Source: Rhizodiscina lignyota
Taxonomy: Eukaryota
Direction: 5' to 3'
Length of the DNA: 64,000 bases
Assembly (NCBI GenBank): GCA_010015805.1
Contig: ML978129.1
Coordinates: 620,001 to 684,000, forward strand
This document shows, piece after piece, positions 1-12,623 of the stretch. Made by a program: the position numbers and the translations under genes. The notes beneath the pieces are model-generated. The model was given only the letters and a program-made list of their open reading frames with translations, was not told where the DNA came from and searched no databases. Positions within the stretch are counted from its first letter, which is position 1. Each line of letters starts with the position of its first letter.

Positions 1-949
1 GATCAACAAGCCTATTGTCACAATAATGAATAATGAAAACCCGAACCAACCCAGTATCATGGCTGAAGTGCCGACGCCGCTCTTAACACTGCCGTTCCCG
101 AAGTCTTGTGCAACGGTCGACGCAGCAACAGACGCTGTGTGCTGCCACAGAACCGACACGAGCACAAATATGGACGAGACGAAGATGAGTGCCAGGGCGA
201 TCTGGCTGACGGGCCGTGAGGGGAAGGGCTTCACTTCGATGTCGGAACCGGCGTCGTCGCGCTCTTCGTGCCACCCTGGGAAGGTTGCGAGGATGACGAA
301 GCAGATGAATGAGAGAACGATTGCTACGATTCTGTGGACATTTTCTCGTCAGCTGAACTGTTCTGTAGGGAAGAGAAATAGGACCATGCCGGTTGACTTA
401 CAGCAGGTATGGAAATACGATGCTATCCTTAAACGTCTCCGCCACCCATATTAGATTCAGCGGATCCTGATCCACGCTGACCTGCTCCGCCAGTGCCGTC
501 GCATTGTTGCTGCACAGGAACCCGCCGCCGTCGGGCGTGATGCAAATGCCGAAGTAGCCCACTCGCACCTCGAGCTGTGCATTGCCGACGATGTTGGCTA
601 TTGCGGCGGTCACGCCTGGGTCTACTTGTGCGGGATCGTATACAGGTGTGTAGGATTTGTAGTAGAGGGATATGAGGAAGATGCCGGGTATGAGAGGAGA
701 GGGTGATGAGCAACCGGCTAGTAATAGTGCTGGATGAGATGTTAGAAACGCTGTCACACAGGAGGAGAGTAGGCTGGTTGAGGCTTACAAAGAAGAATAA
801 TGGCAATGGCGACAAGAAGCATGAGTAGGTGGTGGTAACCAAACCATGGTATCAGCCCTGCGAGAAGCGTTAGTATTTTCCGACGACAATGTCTTCTTGA
901 GCGATTGAAACATACTTTGAAAGCTAACTGCAAACCTTGGGTTTGCCAT
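1..949 (-). CDS. FIG1: Fig1-family Ca2+ influx / cell-fusion membrane protein (3' end runs off the window)
   Basis: Spliced translation MANPRFAVSFQRLIPWFGYHHLLMLL...LLLAGCSS...LEVRVGYFGIC...FLCSNNATALA...DPLNLIWVA...FPGWHEE...VKPFPSRPVSQ; claudin-like G-x-FG-x-C motif; three GT-AG introns. Confidence 0.88.
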
Positions 950-1948
950 CTTGTCTCTTCTCCGCCTCCTTCAACAACTGAATCTCCTGCGGCTCCCGAA
1001 GGGCCGGGAGAAGGGTTCGTTGGAATGCAGCACCCGCCTCGAATTGTACGCCGACCCTCTGTGCGAAGGTGTAGCAGAGGAACAATTGTATTTTCGGAGG
1101 AATGGATGTGTTGGTGGAACTTTGTCTCGAGGAATGCGGTTGGTAAGAATGGGATGGTTTGAGCGAATGGTGGTCTTGACGTGGACGCCGTAACCAGGGC
1201 GACGAGAGGATGAGAGTGGTGATGTCGGTGTTCTCTGCAACAGTGTCTGGTCAGAACGGTAGATGCAAGCTAGCAATGTTGGAGGTAGAGCTTAGTTGGA
1301 GTAGTGTAGCAAGAGAGCGGCAGTCCTCCTCGACTCTTTTCTTCAGAATTGCGTGGTGGTTGGTCTTTTCCAGCCACAAGAAGCGAAGGCTGGGTGCGAA
1401 AAGGTGGCAGGCACGACCCTGACGAACGTCATTTGTTTACGGTCCGTCGCGACGGCAACGCTTTACCGGGAGCGGCTTAGCGCATGCAACTTTAATTCGT
1501 CTGGATCGTGCCCCTGCAGCTTGCGGGTGCTTCTATTTTTGCGCATGCGAATTTAATTGTCGCTCTTCTCGCTGGATCGCTAGAAATTCTGTTGCTGTTG
1601 GCATTCGTGATACTCCACATGTCGCGGTCGTGGTCTCTCTCGTGCTATCGATTAGTTTGTAGAGCCTTTGTTAATGCTTGACCTGCTTCCGACCTGCGCG
1701 TCTATTCCCTCTGGAACCCTCTTCCACGGTCCAATCGCGCCGCTACACCTGCTCGACTCGCCTTCATCTTCCACTTCAAGTCTTACAGCGCTGCTCGCTG
1801 GTGCTGTCAATTCGGTTGTCACAACCATTATTTCCCTCTGCACGTTGTATTCGATCGTCTCGCACGTAAAATCCTCATCGACTAGCATATCCTCAAATAT
1901 TTCCAGCTGCATTTACCAGCAAACGACACAGCACTGATGCCTTTACCC

Positions 1949-3062
1949 ATGGACGAGAGTAGCATTCGAGGAAGTAGCGACCGTGTTTTGTTCGTATCAT
2001 TGGGCATGGTCGTGCTCGATGAGCTGCGCTTCCCATCCTCACCGCCTGCGAAGGACGTCGTAGGTGGCTCTGGAGCTTACAGTACGTATAGTGAGCAATC
2101 GAGCTCAAGAGTTCAACTTGCTGCTAAACGAATTGTGGTAAGGTACTCTTGGAGCGCGTATTGCTGCAGGATCTTCAGGATGTCGTAATATCGGCTGTCT
2201 GGTCCTTGCTGGCAATGACTTTCCACAACATGTTGAAGAAGAGCTTCGAAATTGGGATATGACCATCGTAATACGAAAGGATCCGGATAAGCTCTCCACA
2301 AGAGGCTTGTTACAATACGAAGACGACGCATTCGGCCCCAAAACGTTCAAGTATCTCACACAGCCGCTGAAGCCAACGCCTGAATATCTGAAATCAACTC
2401 CACTGTTACGATCGCACGCGTTCCACATGCTTGCGAAACCAGAAGAAATGCTAGTGCAAGTACCGGAACTGTTTACTCTTCGTCTCGACGGCGGCGTGCA
2501 GGATCATCCGCTCATTATCTGGGAGCCATTCCCCGCGAGCTGCAGGCCTGAAAATCTCTCCGCGGCATTGCGTGCTTGTGAGCTAGTTGACGTATTCTCA
2601 CCAAATCATCTTCAACTAGCTGCCTTTTTCTCGTCGGGCTGCGACTCGCACGCATTTAGCCAGGATCGCATCCAAGAACAGACACTAACGTTCCTCAACA
2701 CCAGGAGACAGGCAGAGTGGCATGGTTGCGTGGCGGTAAGAGCCGGCGAGCATGGATGTTTCATTGCATCAAATGGTAGTTTTCGATGGCTGCCTCCATT
2801 CTACGGTCCAAAAGAGGACTTGGCGAAGGTTAAAGACCCGACTGGTGCAGGAAATGCGTTCCTCGGTGGCTTTTCGATCGGTTTTATCAACACCGGTGAA
2901 TCCTTGCAAGCCGCAAAATACGGCACCGTTGCCGCGAGCTTCGCGTTGGAGCAGACTAGCCTTCCACAGCGGACTGTTGACGCGGCAGGGGAGAAGTGGA
3001 ATGACTCTATCTTCGAGGAGAGGTTGCAGGAATTGAATTCACGATTGCAAGTTACTTCATAA
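1949..3062 (+). CDS. PfkB/ribokinase-family kinase (Mak32-like)
   Basis: FVSLGMVVLDE...GGSGAYS/TLGAR (intron 2082-2142), IIWEP, VFSPNH and the DPTGAGNAFLGG PfkB signature. Confidence 0.85.
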
Positions 3063-3272
3063 ATTCGCACGAGTGCAGACAATGTTCACGACATTTGGCA
3101 CGCAAGCTTGTTCAATGATGCAGACTTTGAGTCCGCTTGAGAATTGAATTGTCTGGTATCTTAGGGTACAAAGGTCATGTCCTCATCCCAATGTGCTTTC
3201 ATTCTCTCTATCCGCCATTACTGAGAATGAACCGGTCCTCCGATGAATGCCTGTCGGGTCGCCGCAATGCAC

Positions 3273-3592
3273 TTAGTGCTTGTCCATGCCGAGGGCGTTC
3301 TTGGTCTTGTCCAGAATGCTGTCGCCGGTGCCGCCGTGGACGTTCTGGTCCTTGCTGCGGCCAGCCTTGTCGGCAAGGTTTTGGCCGGTCGACTTGTCGT
3401 CGTCAGGCTGAGCGCCACTTGATGATTGTTAGATTCAAGCTCTGAATGTGGGAGCCAGGTTGCTTACCGAGCGAACTTGTCGCCAGTGTCGGTGAAAGTC
3501 TCCTTCACCTTCTGCTGGGTGCTCTTCGAGGAGTCGGGAGTGACCTCCTCCTTGGCCTTGGTGCTCCAGTCTTTGCGTCCTGCGTCAGACAT
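3273..3592 (-). CDS. HSP12: Hsp12/Hsp9-family small stress protein
   Basis: Spliced MSDAGRKDWSTKAKEEVTPDSSKSTQQKVKETFTDTGDKFAR/GAQPDDDKS...KNALGMDKH; intron 3418-3467. Confidence 0.9.
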
Positions 3593-4533
3593 GATGGTAG
3601 TTATTGGTGATTGAGGTTGGTTTTTGATTGAAGAGTGTGTTTGTTTGGTAGAGTTTGCTTTGAGGTCGTTGATGAGAAGAAGGATAGAGCTGGAGCGGAG
3701 AGCAGAATATATACTTCTTTGTCGAAGCTCGCGACGTCATAGGCGTGACCTCGTCTGAAAGCGGAAGCTTCACGATCGTTGTGTTTGCTGTCCCAGTTTC
3801 CACGGCAATCCGGGTTTGCATTCCATTGCACCTTTCACATGTGGAAGTGATCGTGTGGCTACGCAATCTTGTCGTCATAATTCCTGGGGGAGGCAAGGTA
3901 TGGCCGCAGGTACAGCCATTTTGAAACATGGGGCAAGCCGCATCAGCTGCCCCCGAAAAGCACCAATCGCAGGAAGTGACAGATTCGATCGTGGCAGGAT
4001 GGGCAAGTTCAAGATCTCGATGTGTAAAAGCGCCTCTTCGCCGCTTGCGTTGATTCGCGGGAGTTGCCGATGATGTCATTTAGCACGTGACACATTCTTC
4101 CGCACCCGACCTGCAACATCGAGGAATCTTGAATTCGAGGGTGACGAGAGACACCTTGCCCCGTCGAATTCCGGCGAAGCTGGAAGGAGTTACGGCGGCC
4201 TTATCCGGGATTCTCGCCGCCCTCGTCATCTGCAGTGATGCTATCCGACGCGATTCAGAGCTTCGTACGATGAGACAGGGGAAGGCGCAAAGTGGCTGCA
4301 CTAAACGACTCAAGCTACTCAGAGGCATTGATTATATCCAGCCGAGCTGATGTGATCTGTATACGTATATGCGAGATCTACCTTTTCCGTACTCGTGGCC
4401 TTGTTCTTCTGGGCTCGACGTGTCCCCAGCGCCCTTTCAAGGGGCATGGAGAATTTACAAACTCAAGTATTCAATTTACTCTTATGTCGGTTGAGAACCG
4501 ATCTAGACTTAACTTATAGCCTCGAGTCTATCT

Positions 4534-5928
4534 CTATAGCGTTGGATGCATCCCATTGGGCTTGTAAACCACCTTATTGACCTGGTTCTTCTCAAACTTT
4601 TCGAGCGCTGGAGCGAACGATTCATCAAGCGGTATAATAACGTCGATGAAGTCCTGCACCTTCTCTATGTTTCGACGAAGTGATGCCAAGGAATCATCGA
4701 AGACGGTCCTCACCGAGCAGCGTCCAAACTGGATGAACACATTACGGTTGTAGCCGTCAGCTGCCGTGAACGGGATTTCTGCATTGTGGACTCCTGTAGC
4801 CGTGGTGAGCGGTTGTTCACTGAAAACTGGAAGTCTAAAACTTACCAACACTGCTTATCTTTCCACCCGGTCGAATAATCTCGAAGGCTGTCCTCAAAGC
4901 TGGGCTGAGCCCAACGTACTCAATCACTGCATCTACGCCATTTCCATCTGTTGCCTTCATGATTTCTTCTTTCACGTTCTGTGTCCTGAAGTTGAGGGGT
5001 ATTGCTCCGAGTTTTTGCGCTCGATTCAATCGATCCTCGACTCCATCGATGGCGAATATCCGCTTGGGTTTATACTCTAACGCGGAGAGGAGGCCGCAAA
5101 TACCTACGGGTCCCAGACCGATAATTGCCAGGTCCATCGTCGGCCACTCAACTGCTGGACTCTCTTTGAATGCGTTCCTCGCTCCATGGAATCTGGACTT
5201 TTATTAGTAGTGATTTCGAATCTGGATAGAATGATCTTACCCGGTCGGGTAGATATCGCTCATAAGAATAAGCTTTGAATCGTTAGCCAGGCTCTCAAAG
5301 GGCCTCAGATTCATATTTACCAACTCGCCGAGATCATCCGGCGCAGGAACTAAAAAGGCATCTGCCAATGGTGCTCTAAAATACTCCGCCTGCGAGCCAT
5401 CGAGTTCGGGACCCCCAAAGGACTTTACTTTGACGCAGCGTGCGGTGACTCCGCGCTTACAGTGATGGCATACTCCGCTGTCACTTGGTTAACGCATGCC
5501 CCAGATTACAAAGTATACGGGCGACTTGCCAGCTGATCGTGAATGGGGCAATGACCCAATCTCCAACCTTGAATTTTTTGACTGCTGGACCAACTTCAGA
5601 GATGATGCCGACGCCTTCGTGACCGCATATGTACCCAGGCTCCATTCCAAGCTTGGAATGACCGCGGTATCTGTGTAGTTCACTGCTCTTTCTTTCAGCC
5701 ACTATGTTACAGACATCCGGATTGGGCATCCTAACCTGCCGCATAGTCCTGCGGAAGTGGTCTTGATGATAACATCATCTGGTTCAATGATCTTGGGGAC
5801 TGGTTGTATGCTCAGTCTTCTGTTCCCTGATACATATATGAGTGCAGTGACTCACCTGGTCGATCTTCTAGCCGCACATCGAATGGGCCATAAAAGACCA
5901 GTGCCTTCATTGTCTTTTGAGAGGCCAT
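4534..5928 (-). CDS. Zinc-dependent medium-chain alcohol dehydrogenase (GroES-like), multi-exon
   Basis: MKALVFYGPFDVRLE...GLCGSELH...GHEGVGII...CGVCHHCKRGVTARC...SDIYPTG...GLGPVG Rossmann motif; includes a GC-AG intron at 5478-5529. Confidence 0.9.
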
Positions 5929-6921
5929 TTTGCTGAACTAGATGCAATGCGATGAAATATGGACTCTTTTTGCAGTTCTTGATACGAAGAATAAGAATAA
6001 TTAAGGCTAAAAAATACTTATTGAGAACATCACTTGACCCAAAGCCGACTTTTAGGTCAAAAATCCACAATATACTAGTACTGTAATTATTCCGGATAGT
6101 TCTACCCGAGGGGATGCTGCGGCCCCGCGGAGAGATGAACCCCGTGGGGTGGGACTCAATATGGGGCATCATATTACGAAGAGGAGGGGTTGAGTGGAAT
6201 TTAGGATTGAGAATGAAGAAGTCGTGTGAGGTTTCGGGGTATACATTCCTCGACATCGAGGCGCTCGGCAAGTTATCTTGCACATCCCGCAGGACACCAA
6301 GGTTCCTCAGTCCCTGCGTCGGGGGTCGGGGAACGAGATGGTACATATGTACTTCAGACGTTTCTTTTGTCAGGGATTAATCAGGTTTAGCTCCAGCTAT
6401 GCATGTTTCTGTTTATCAGATAGCCAGTGCTCTGGTTTTAGTTATGAGGGCTGGAAACTGCGAGTGCGTTTAAGCAGAAGAAGTAGAGCAGCCTTAGAGC
6501 AGCCTTGCACGTCCTTCGAATAAGACATTCGCTGGCATGAAATTTCGACACTTTGGAGTTTGTGATTAGCACAGAGGCCACCTATGTTATATTACTTTTG
6601 CGCAGAAGTATTAAAGAGATACAATGCGGTCTGTACGCTTCTTGCAGCCACGCTGGGACTTGGCGAGAACTTTTGTCTGTCAAATCCCACAGCGACGGGG
6701 CAGTCTTGTCCGTTTGCAGCGAATTTAATACATTGAGATGGTGGTTTCACTCAGCCAATCATCCTCTGGCCGTGTTCGATCGTGGCCGAACGTTTATCGA
6801 AATATACATATCGTACATATCCGCAGGGCGGTGGCTCTACATTCCTCCTTAGGCAGGGCGTGTCCACCTCGACGCCAACCAATGCATCTTCAATACAGTT
6901 ATTGTTACATGATCACTATGA

Positions 6922-8197
6922 TCATACATCTACCGAGTCGTATCTCTCGACGTCAGGAACGAGCGGCTTTGCCCGCGCACCGGATGATTCTTGCTTTGTT
7001 ACTCGATCCCTCCAGTTAAGCCCTTCTGCAGGAGCATAAGTGATGACGTTTTGAGCTGCCTGTGCTAATCGTGCATTCTTCCCGGTCTCGCCTGCACGTC
7101 CGAGTACGCCAGCAATTACTTGGACACAACGCAGACTGTAATGAACGTGAGAAAAAGATGTATGAGTATTTATAGCCTGTACGTACCTGTCGTCGTTTGC
7201 TGGGATTGGGTACGTCACCCATGTGGGATCGGCATTAGTGTCTATGATGCCGATGGTTGGGATGTTGTTCAGAGCGCACTCGTGGAGGAGAACATAGTTC
7301 TGCATTGGATCAAGACAGACGACCAGATCAGGTTTCAAGGTCGCCCGCTTCTTCAATTGCTCGTCGAAGCCAGGTATCTCCTCATCCTTCTCGTTCACTA
7401 CCTTTGTGGTGCAGTTTCCGAGTATCTGCTGTCCATTGGTGATACTGCCCGGTATCCATCGCTGGAAGAGATGGCATCCACCAGCAAGTTGCGCGGCTCT
7501 TACAACGCAGCTGTCTTGGCCTTTTCGCGTTCCAGCAAAGAGGATCAGACCTCCACGCATCGCTACACCCTCGACAACTTTCGCCGCGCGTCGAAGGTGT
7601 GCAGCTGTAACTTCTAGTGATATGATGTGGATGCCATCTCGTATGCCATAGATGTATTGCGCGTTCCCGGGGTTCCAGAGCGACGTCTTGTGGCCAAGGT
7701 GCGCCTGAGATGCTAGAAGTAACTCGAGAGTCACATCGGCCGCTGAGGGAGGATTACGCAGAAGCTCTGCTGGTTCATATTGAGGTGCAACCACAGAACC
7801 GAGATGTCCAGTAGCCTCCTCTGTGTGCAAGTTTAGTATAGTCCCTCCACGACGCCACGGAGCTGCTCACGTTGGTGCTTGAACGCGTTCCAATCCTCGA
7901 CGGCGCGTTGGCTCAAATTCTGATGAGTACTTGAAAATGCGGAAGTTGATTGTGCGTCAGTTTCAGTCAGCGCAGCATTTGCTAGATTTGCTGGCGTTAT
8001 CGCTCTACCGTCCTGCTGACCGTTTCCGAGAGACGGCTCGCTGGAGATCTCTACCGAAAAGAAACGCTGACTTGCGCGGACGTGTGCAAGCTGGACAGCA
8101 CGGCGACCTGCGACACAACGGCATGAGAAACGGTGGAATGGGGTAGTGATGATGGGATTGACGTACAGTTGCGCAGGAGTAGACTCCGTGCCAGCAT
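6922..8197 (-). CDS. MRP4: Mitochondrial ribosomal protein uS2m
   Basis: LLASQAHLGH...WNP...YIYGIRDGIHII...RWIPGSITN...[26 protein letters not shown] S2 motifs; Arg-rich presequence MLARSLLLRNCRR; 3 introns. Confidence 0.92.
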
Positions 8198-8273
8198 GGT
8201 AGCATGGGAATTGAGAAATTGCCCATGGAAAAGTTTCGTTTGTGTGGCCTGGTGGTCAGAATAGAGAAAAAGG

Positions 8274-8807
8274 AGCCTTGGCGCGCTAGTGGCTTTAAAT
8301 ACGGTTCTCTCATGTACTTTAAACTAATAATAATTTAATACACTCTGGCACCCCTCCCTCAAAGATCCGTGGTGATTCGAGCCAAGCACCCCAAGCAGCC
8401 GCCATACAGTCAATCGAGCGTCAAGCTTTCAGCAGTCACTTTGGATCTTAAGCCTTCAGATCTTAGAAGCCTTTTCAGGTAGTACAGCTTCATGATTACG
8501 TTAACAACGGCAGTATTCTTAATCTCTCTCAAAAGTCCTACGGTACGACCATACAACCCACAGAGCTGAGGCAGGTACGGTTATAATAGGGTTGAAGTAG
8601 GCAAGTAGTATAACAGAAAGCAGTTCCCTCTCTCTGTTTCCGTTTCGTGGACTGAAAGGTAAAGCAGTTTTGCCTACGATAAAACAACTTAAGTTCTGTG
8701 GGATCCTTATACATAGCCTTGGCGCGCTAGTAACTTTAATTGCGATTCTCTCATGTACTTTAAGCCAACAATCTTACAATACACTCCGCCACCCCCCTCA
8801 AAGATCC
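8274..8807. repeat. Diverged ~93-bp direct repeat (copies 8274-8368 and 8715-8807) in the MRP4/wc-1 divergent intergenic region
   Basis: Both copies read agccttggcgcgctagt...ttctctcatgtactttaa...aatacactc...ctcaaagatcc with scattered substitutions. Confidence 0.9.
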
Positions 8808-9053
8808 ATGCATCAGCGTGCCCGACTTGCCCGAGGACCACTTGCCCCAGACGCTAGGCCGAATACTGGCGGTGACGACGTTCGCTAGCAGGGCTTGTGG
8901 GATTACATCGAGTTGTTCCTTTTTGAGCCGCATGCCGCATGGCAAAGATCCATCCGCACCACCATTGCCCTTGCCGCCTCGGCACACCTTCACCACCACC
9001 ACCCTTCGCGGAGGAACTGCACATCGAATACATGCTGCACAGCGCCCACTCTG

Positions 9054-9159
9054 CTCCCACGCGGACGTATGATAGCCCACTTGCGCAGCATCCTGCCACT
9101 GCCTCCCACGCGGACGTATGATAGCCCACTTGCGCAGCATCCTGCCACTGCCTCCCACG
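9054..9159. repeat. Perfect 49-bp tandem duplication (2 copies + 8 bp) upstream of wc-1
   Basis: ctcccacgcggacgtatgatagcccacttgcgcagcatcctgccactgc at 9054-9102 and 9103-9151, then ctcccacg. Confidence 0.97.
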
Positions 9160-9261
9160 AGGAAGCTACCTTTCGCCTCTGAGACCGCTCTGGCTCGTCC
9201 ACCTTTTGGCACAGCCTCGAGCCTCCAGCCGTTTGTTGAGGGGGGCTCGCGACCAGAATGA
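9118..9261 (+). promoter_or_regulatory. Candidate uORF (47 aa) whose TGA overlaps the wc-1 start (ATGA)
   Basis: ATG at 9118 is open to TGA 9259-9261; wc-1 ATG is 9258-9260; transcription start unknown. Confidence 0.4.
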
Positions 9262-12200
9262 ACAATGGATACTATGGAGGGCCGTACAGCCCAGACAACA
9301 TGCAGCCCATGGCGCAGGCCGATGGTGCGGATGGAATGATGGGCATTATGGGGCCACCAGCAATGTCTTCGAGCGCTGTACTGCCCGGGCAGTCCCTTGA
9401 CGACATAATCAATCAAAACGCCAAGCAGATGCGGCGCCGGAGCGTGCCATATAACTTTCATGGAAGCAATGCCGGGCCCATGGAACAAAATCCGAGACGT
9501 TTGTCCATGATGGAATTTGGTGATGCGACATCTGGAAATCCACTGGAGACGTTCCAATTCGACTCTTCTGTTCAACCAAACATGGATGGCTTCATGGGCG
9601 CGCCCACAACAATGCAAAGTGGGAACGATGGTACGGATAGCACACAAGCCTCTGTCCCGCTCGCTCTCAACACGCAATTCGCCAATCAAAATTACAGCTC
9701 TATGGGAGCTCCAGGATCAGCATATGCATCACCAATGCATCCAAGCGCTAACATGGACATGGATGTCGCAAGCCCTTACCTAAACTCGGGACTGCAAATG
9801 TCGATGGACATGGTGGATCCAGCAATTGCTGGCATGATGGGAAATGAGACTCCAACCATCCCATACTACGGCTCTGCACCACCACAGCAATTCACGTCGA
9901 CCACTGTGAGCTCTCCTATGCACCCCAGCTTCGCGGGAACTGCTGGGGACTCTCAGCTGCCAAAACTACGTCGAGGTAGTACCGATCACAGCCAACATCA
10001 GCCAACACCCGAAACAACGAACACAACACCGGACATTCTAAGCCCTCGAGCCGCTAGTTCGGTTCAAAGTACACACTCCAGCTCCCGCCAGCCTAGCGTT
10101 CAACCGCATCCAATACCAAACCAGATGACAAACGTAAGCTTTGGTCCTGACCCGCCCCAACAGATGTCCGTTAGTAGAGATCCTTTGAATCAGATCAAGG
10201 TTCCATGGACGACGCCTCCAGGTTAGTCTCATGCTACTGAATAGAATATTGCCGCCACTTATTAAGCTTTTTTTCAGGTGGCTTTCCGTCCACTATGCAT
10301 GGCCGACCACATATGCAAACCCAGTACAAGGATGCATACTCGTCGACTGGGTTCGACATGTTGAATGTGCTGGTATGCCTATATTTCCCGCCATCGAACG
10401 ACGAGTGTATCCAAAAACTAATGATCCCGCAGATGCGAGTTGCGACACGTCCAAATCCAGAAATAAATATCGGAAGCGTAGATTTGTCCTGTGCTTTTGT
10501 CGTCACAGACGCTGAAAAGGATGACAATCCAATTGTATACTGCTCAGAAAACTTTGAGCGATTAACAGGATACACCAAGCATATGATTCTGGGACGAAAC
10601 TGCCGCTTTCTCCAGTCGCCAGATGGAAACGTCGAAGCTGGCGTGAAGAGAAAGTACGTGGATGATGACTCCGTTCTTTACCTGAAGAACACGATCAGCG
10701 CACGGCGGGAAGCTCAGATCAGCTTGATAAATTATCGACGAGGCGGGCAGCCTTTTATGAACCTTCTCACTATGATTCCGGTCACAATGGACGGTCCAAA
10801 TGTCAAGTTCTTCGTTGGCTTTCAAGTTGATCTAGTCGAACAGCCAAACTCAGTAACCAGCAAGAACCCTGGTAAGCGTTATGCCTTCTTGAGTCGTGGT
10901 ATTTTGCTAATGATGCACAGATGGCTCGTATACAATCAACTACCAACGAGGACTCAGTATGCCCAGGTACATTATGCATACACCTTCGGACCAGAGTAAT
11001 CAAATGGATTTTGGCCAAACGATCACTCGTGACGATGTTTCGACTGTGCTCACTACCCTTGGCACGGGCGAGTCCGAGTTATCAAAGCGCATCTGGGATA
11101 AAGTCCTGCTTGAAAACACCGATGATGTTGTCCATGTCCTTTCGCTAAAGGGCTTGTTCCTGTATCTGTCGCCATCTTGCCGTAAAGTGCTCGAATACGA
11201 TGCAAGCGAGTTGGTTGGGACGGCCTTATCATCCGTCTGCCATCCCAGTGACATTGTCCCTGTAACTAGGGAGCTGAAGGACACCTCAAGCAGCTCATCT
11301 GTCAATGTGGTTTTCCGTATACGAAGGAAGAACAGTGGCTACATGTGGTTTGAAAGTCATGGCTCGCTACACACGGAGCAAGGTAAGGGCCGCAAATGCA
11401 TCATCCTTGTGGGACGCGAGCGGCCGGTGTACACGGTCAGCAAGAATGACATTGCTGCTGCTGGCGGTATAGGGGAGAATGAGCTGTGGACGAAGATGTC
11501 GACTTCGGGCATGTTTTTATTCGTATCGGCCAATGTCAGGCAATTACTGGACAGACAGCCCGAAGAGCTGGTCGGTACGAGCATTCAGGCGCTGATGCGG
11601 CCAGAGTCGAAGCAAGAAGTTGGGCGGATGCTTGCTATGGCGCGGACAGGCAAGAAGGCTTCTGTGCAGCACGAAATGATGAACAAGCGAGGACAAGTGC
11701 TGAAGGCATTCACAACAATCTATCCTGGCGATGCTGTCGAGGGCCAGAAGCCGACATTTGTTGTCGCTCAGACAAGGCTGATTCGATTCCAAAGGGGCGG
11801 CAGCGCGAGCGTACAACGTATGGCCGTGTACCCCAAACAGAATGAGTCAAATGGTTCGCACCCTGGTATATCAGTTGGCACTGGTGATACCACTCCGATG
11901 TCATCGCTGGCAGGCACCGAAAAATACGTGCAAACGGACGGAGCGCCAATAACGTATGCTGGTCAGCAAGGCTTGACACTGGGGCGACAAGATGCGATTT
12001 TGGCTTCGGAAGAGAACTTGTTCGACGAGCTGAAAACTACCAGAAGCACAAGCTGGCAATACGAGCTCCGCCAGATGGAGAGGCGCAATAGGCTACTGGC
12101 GGAAGAAGTGCAGGGTCTTCTTGCTTCAAAGAAGAAGAGAAAGAGGAGAAAGGGTGCTGGTCAACTTCAGAAGGATTGCGCGAATTGCCACACTAGGACA

Positions 12201-12623
12201 ACTCCGGAGTGGAGGCGAGGACCAAGCGGAAACAGAGACCTCTGCAACAGCTGTGGTTTACGATGGGCTAAGCAGGTAAGCGAAAGCTGCAGCCATACTC
12301 CAGGGAAAGACTGATGTGTGCAGAATGGTCGCATCTCGCCGCGTGCTTCCTCTCAGCATTCGGTACATTCTGCTCACAGCGACAAGGCAAGCAAGGCCAG
12401 CGCGTCGCCTTTGCACAACCAGATCTCTGCGAGCGATGTTGTCACGTCAGCTCCTTCTGCCGCGGCCAAGGCATCAATGAAGCTCGTGGTTCCACATCAT
12501 CAGAAATCGAATCCGAATGGGCCGGTACCGTTGGGCAAAACCGCTGCACGTATCGACGCAGCTGCAAGCCAGGGACTTGTAAATCTTCCTCCCAAAATTG
12601 ACGAAGGCATCGAGCCCGACTGA
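9258..12623 (+). CDS. wc-1: White collar-1 blue-light photoreceptor / GATA transcription factor
   Basis: LOV motif GRNCRFLQ, two further PAS domains, NLS KKKRKRRK, GATA finger CANCHTRTTPEWRRGPSGNRDLCNSCGLRWAK; 4 introns. Confidence 0.97.

Noticed and set aside
1652..1937. Overlapping short ORFs upstream of the PfkB gene (one ends in a TGATG overlap)
   Set aside because: No recognisable motif; ORFs of similar length on both strands are compatible with chance.
8544..8570. tacgaccatac, resembling the 5' end of fungal 5S rRNA
   Set aside because: Similarity stops after about 11 nt; no 5S body or internal control region follows.
8760..9689. 309-aa minus-strand ORF and other long antisense ORFs (e.g. 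32082-32870, 28718-29359, 19302-20030)
   Set aside because: They shadow real genes on the opposite strand and carry no independent motifs.
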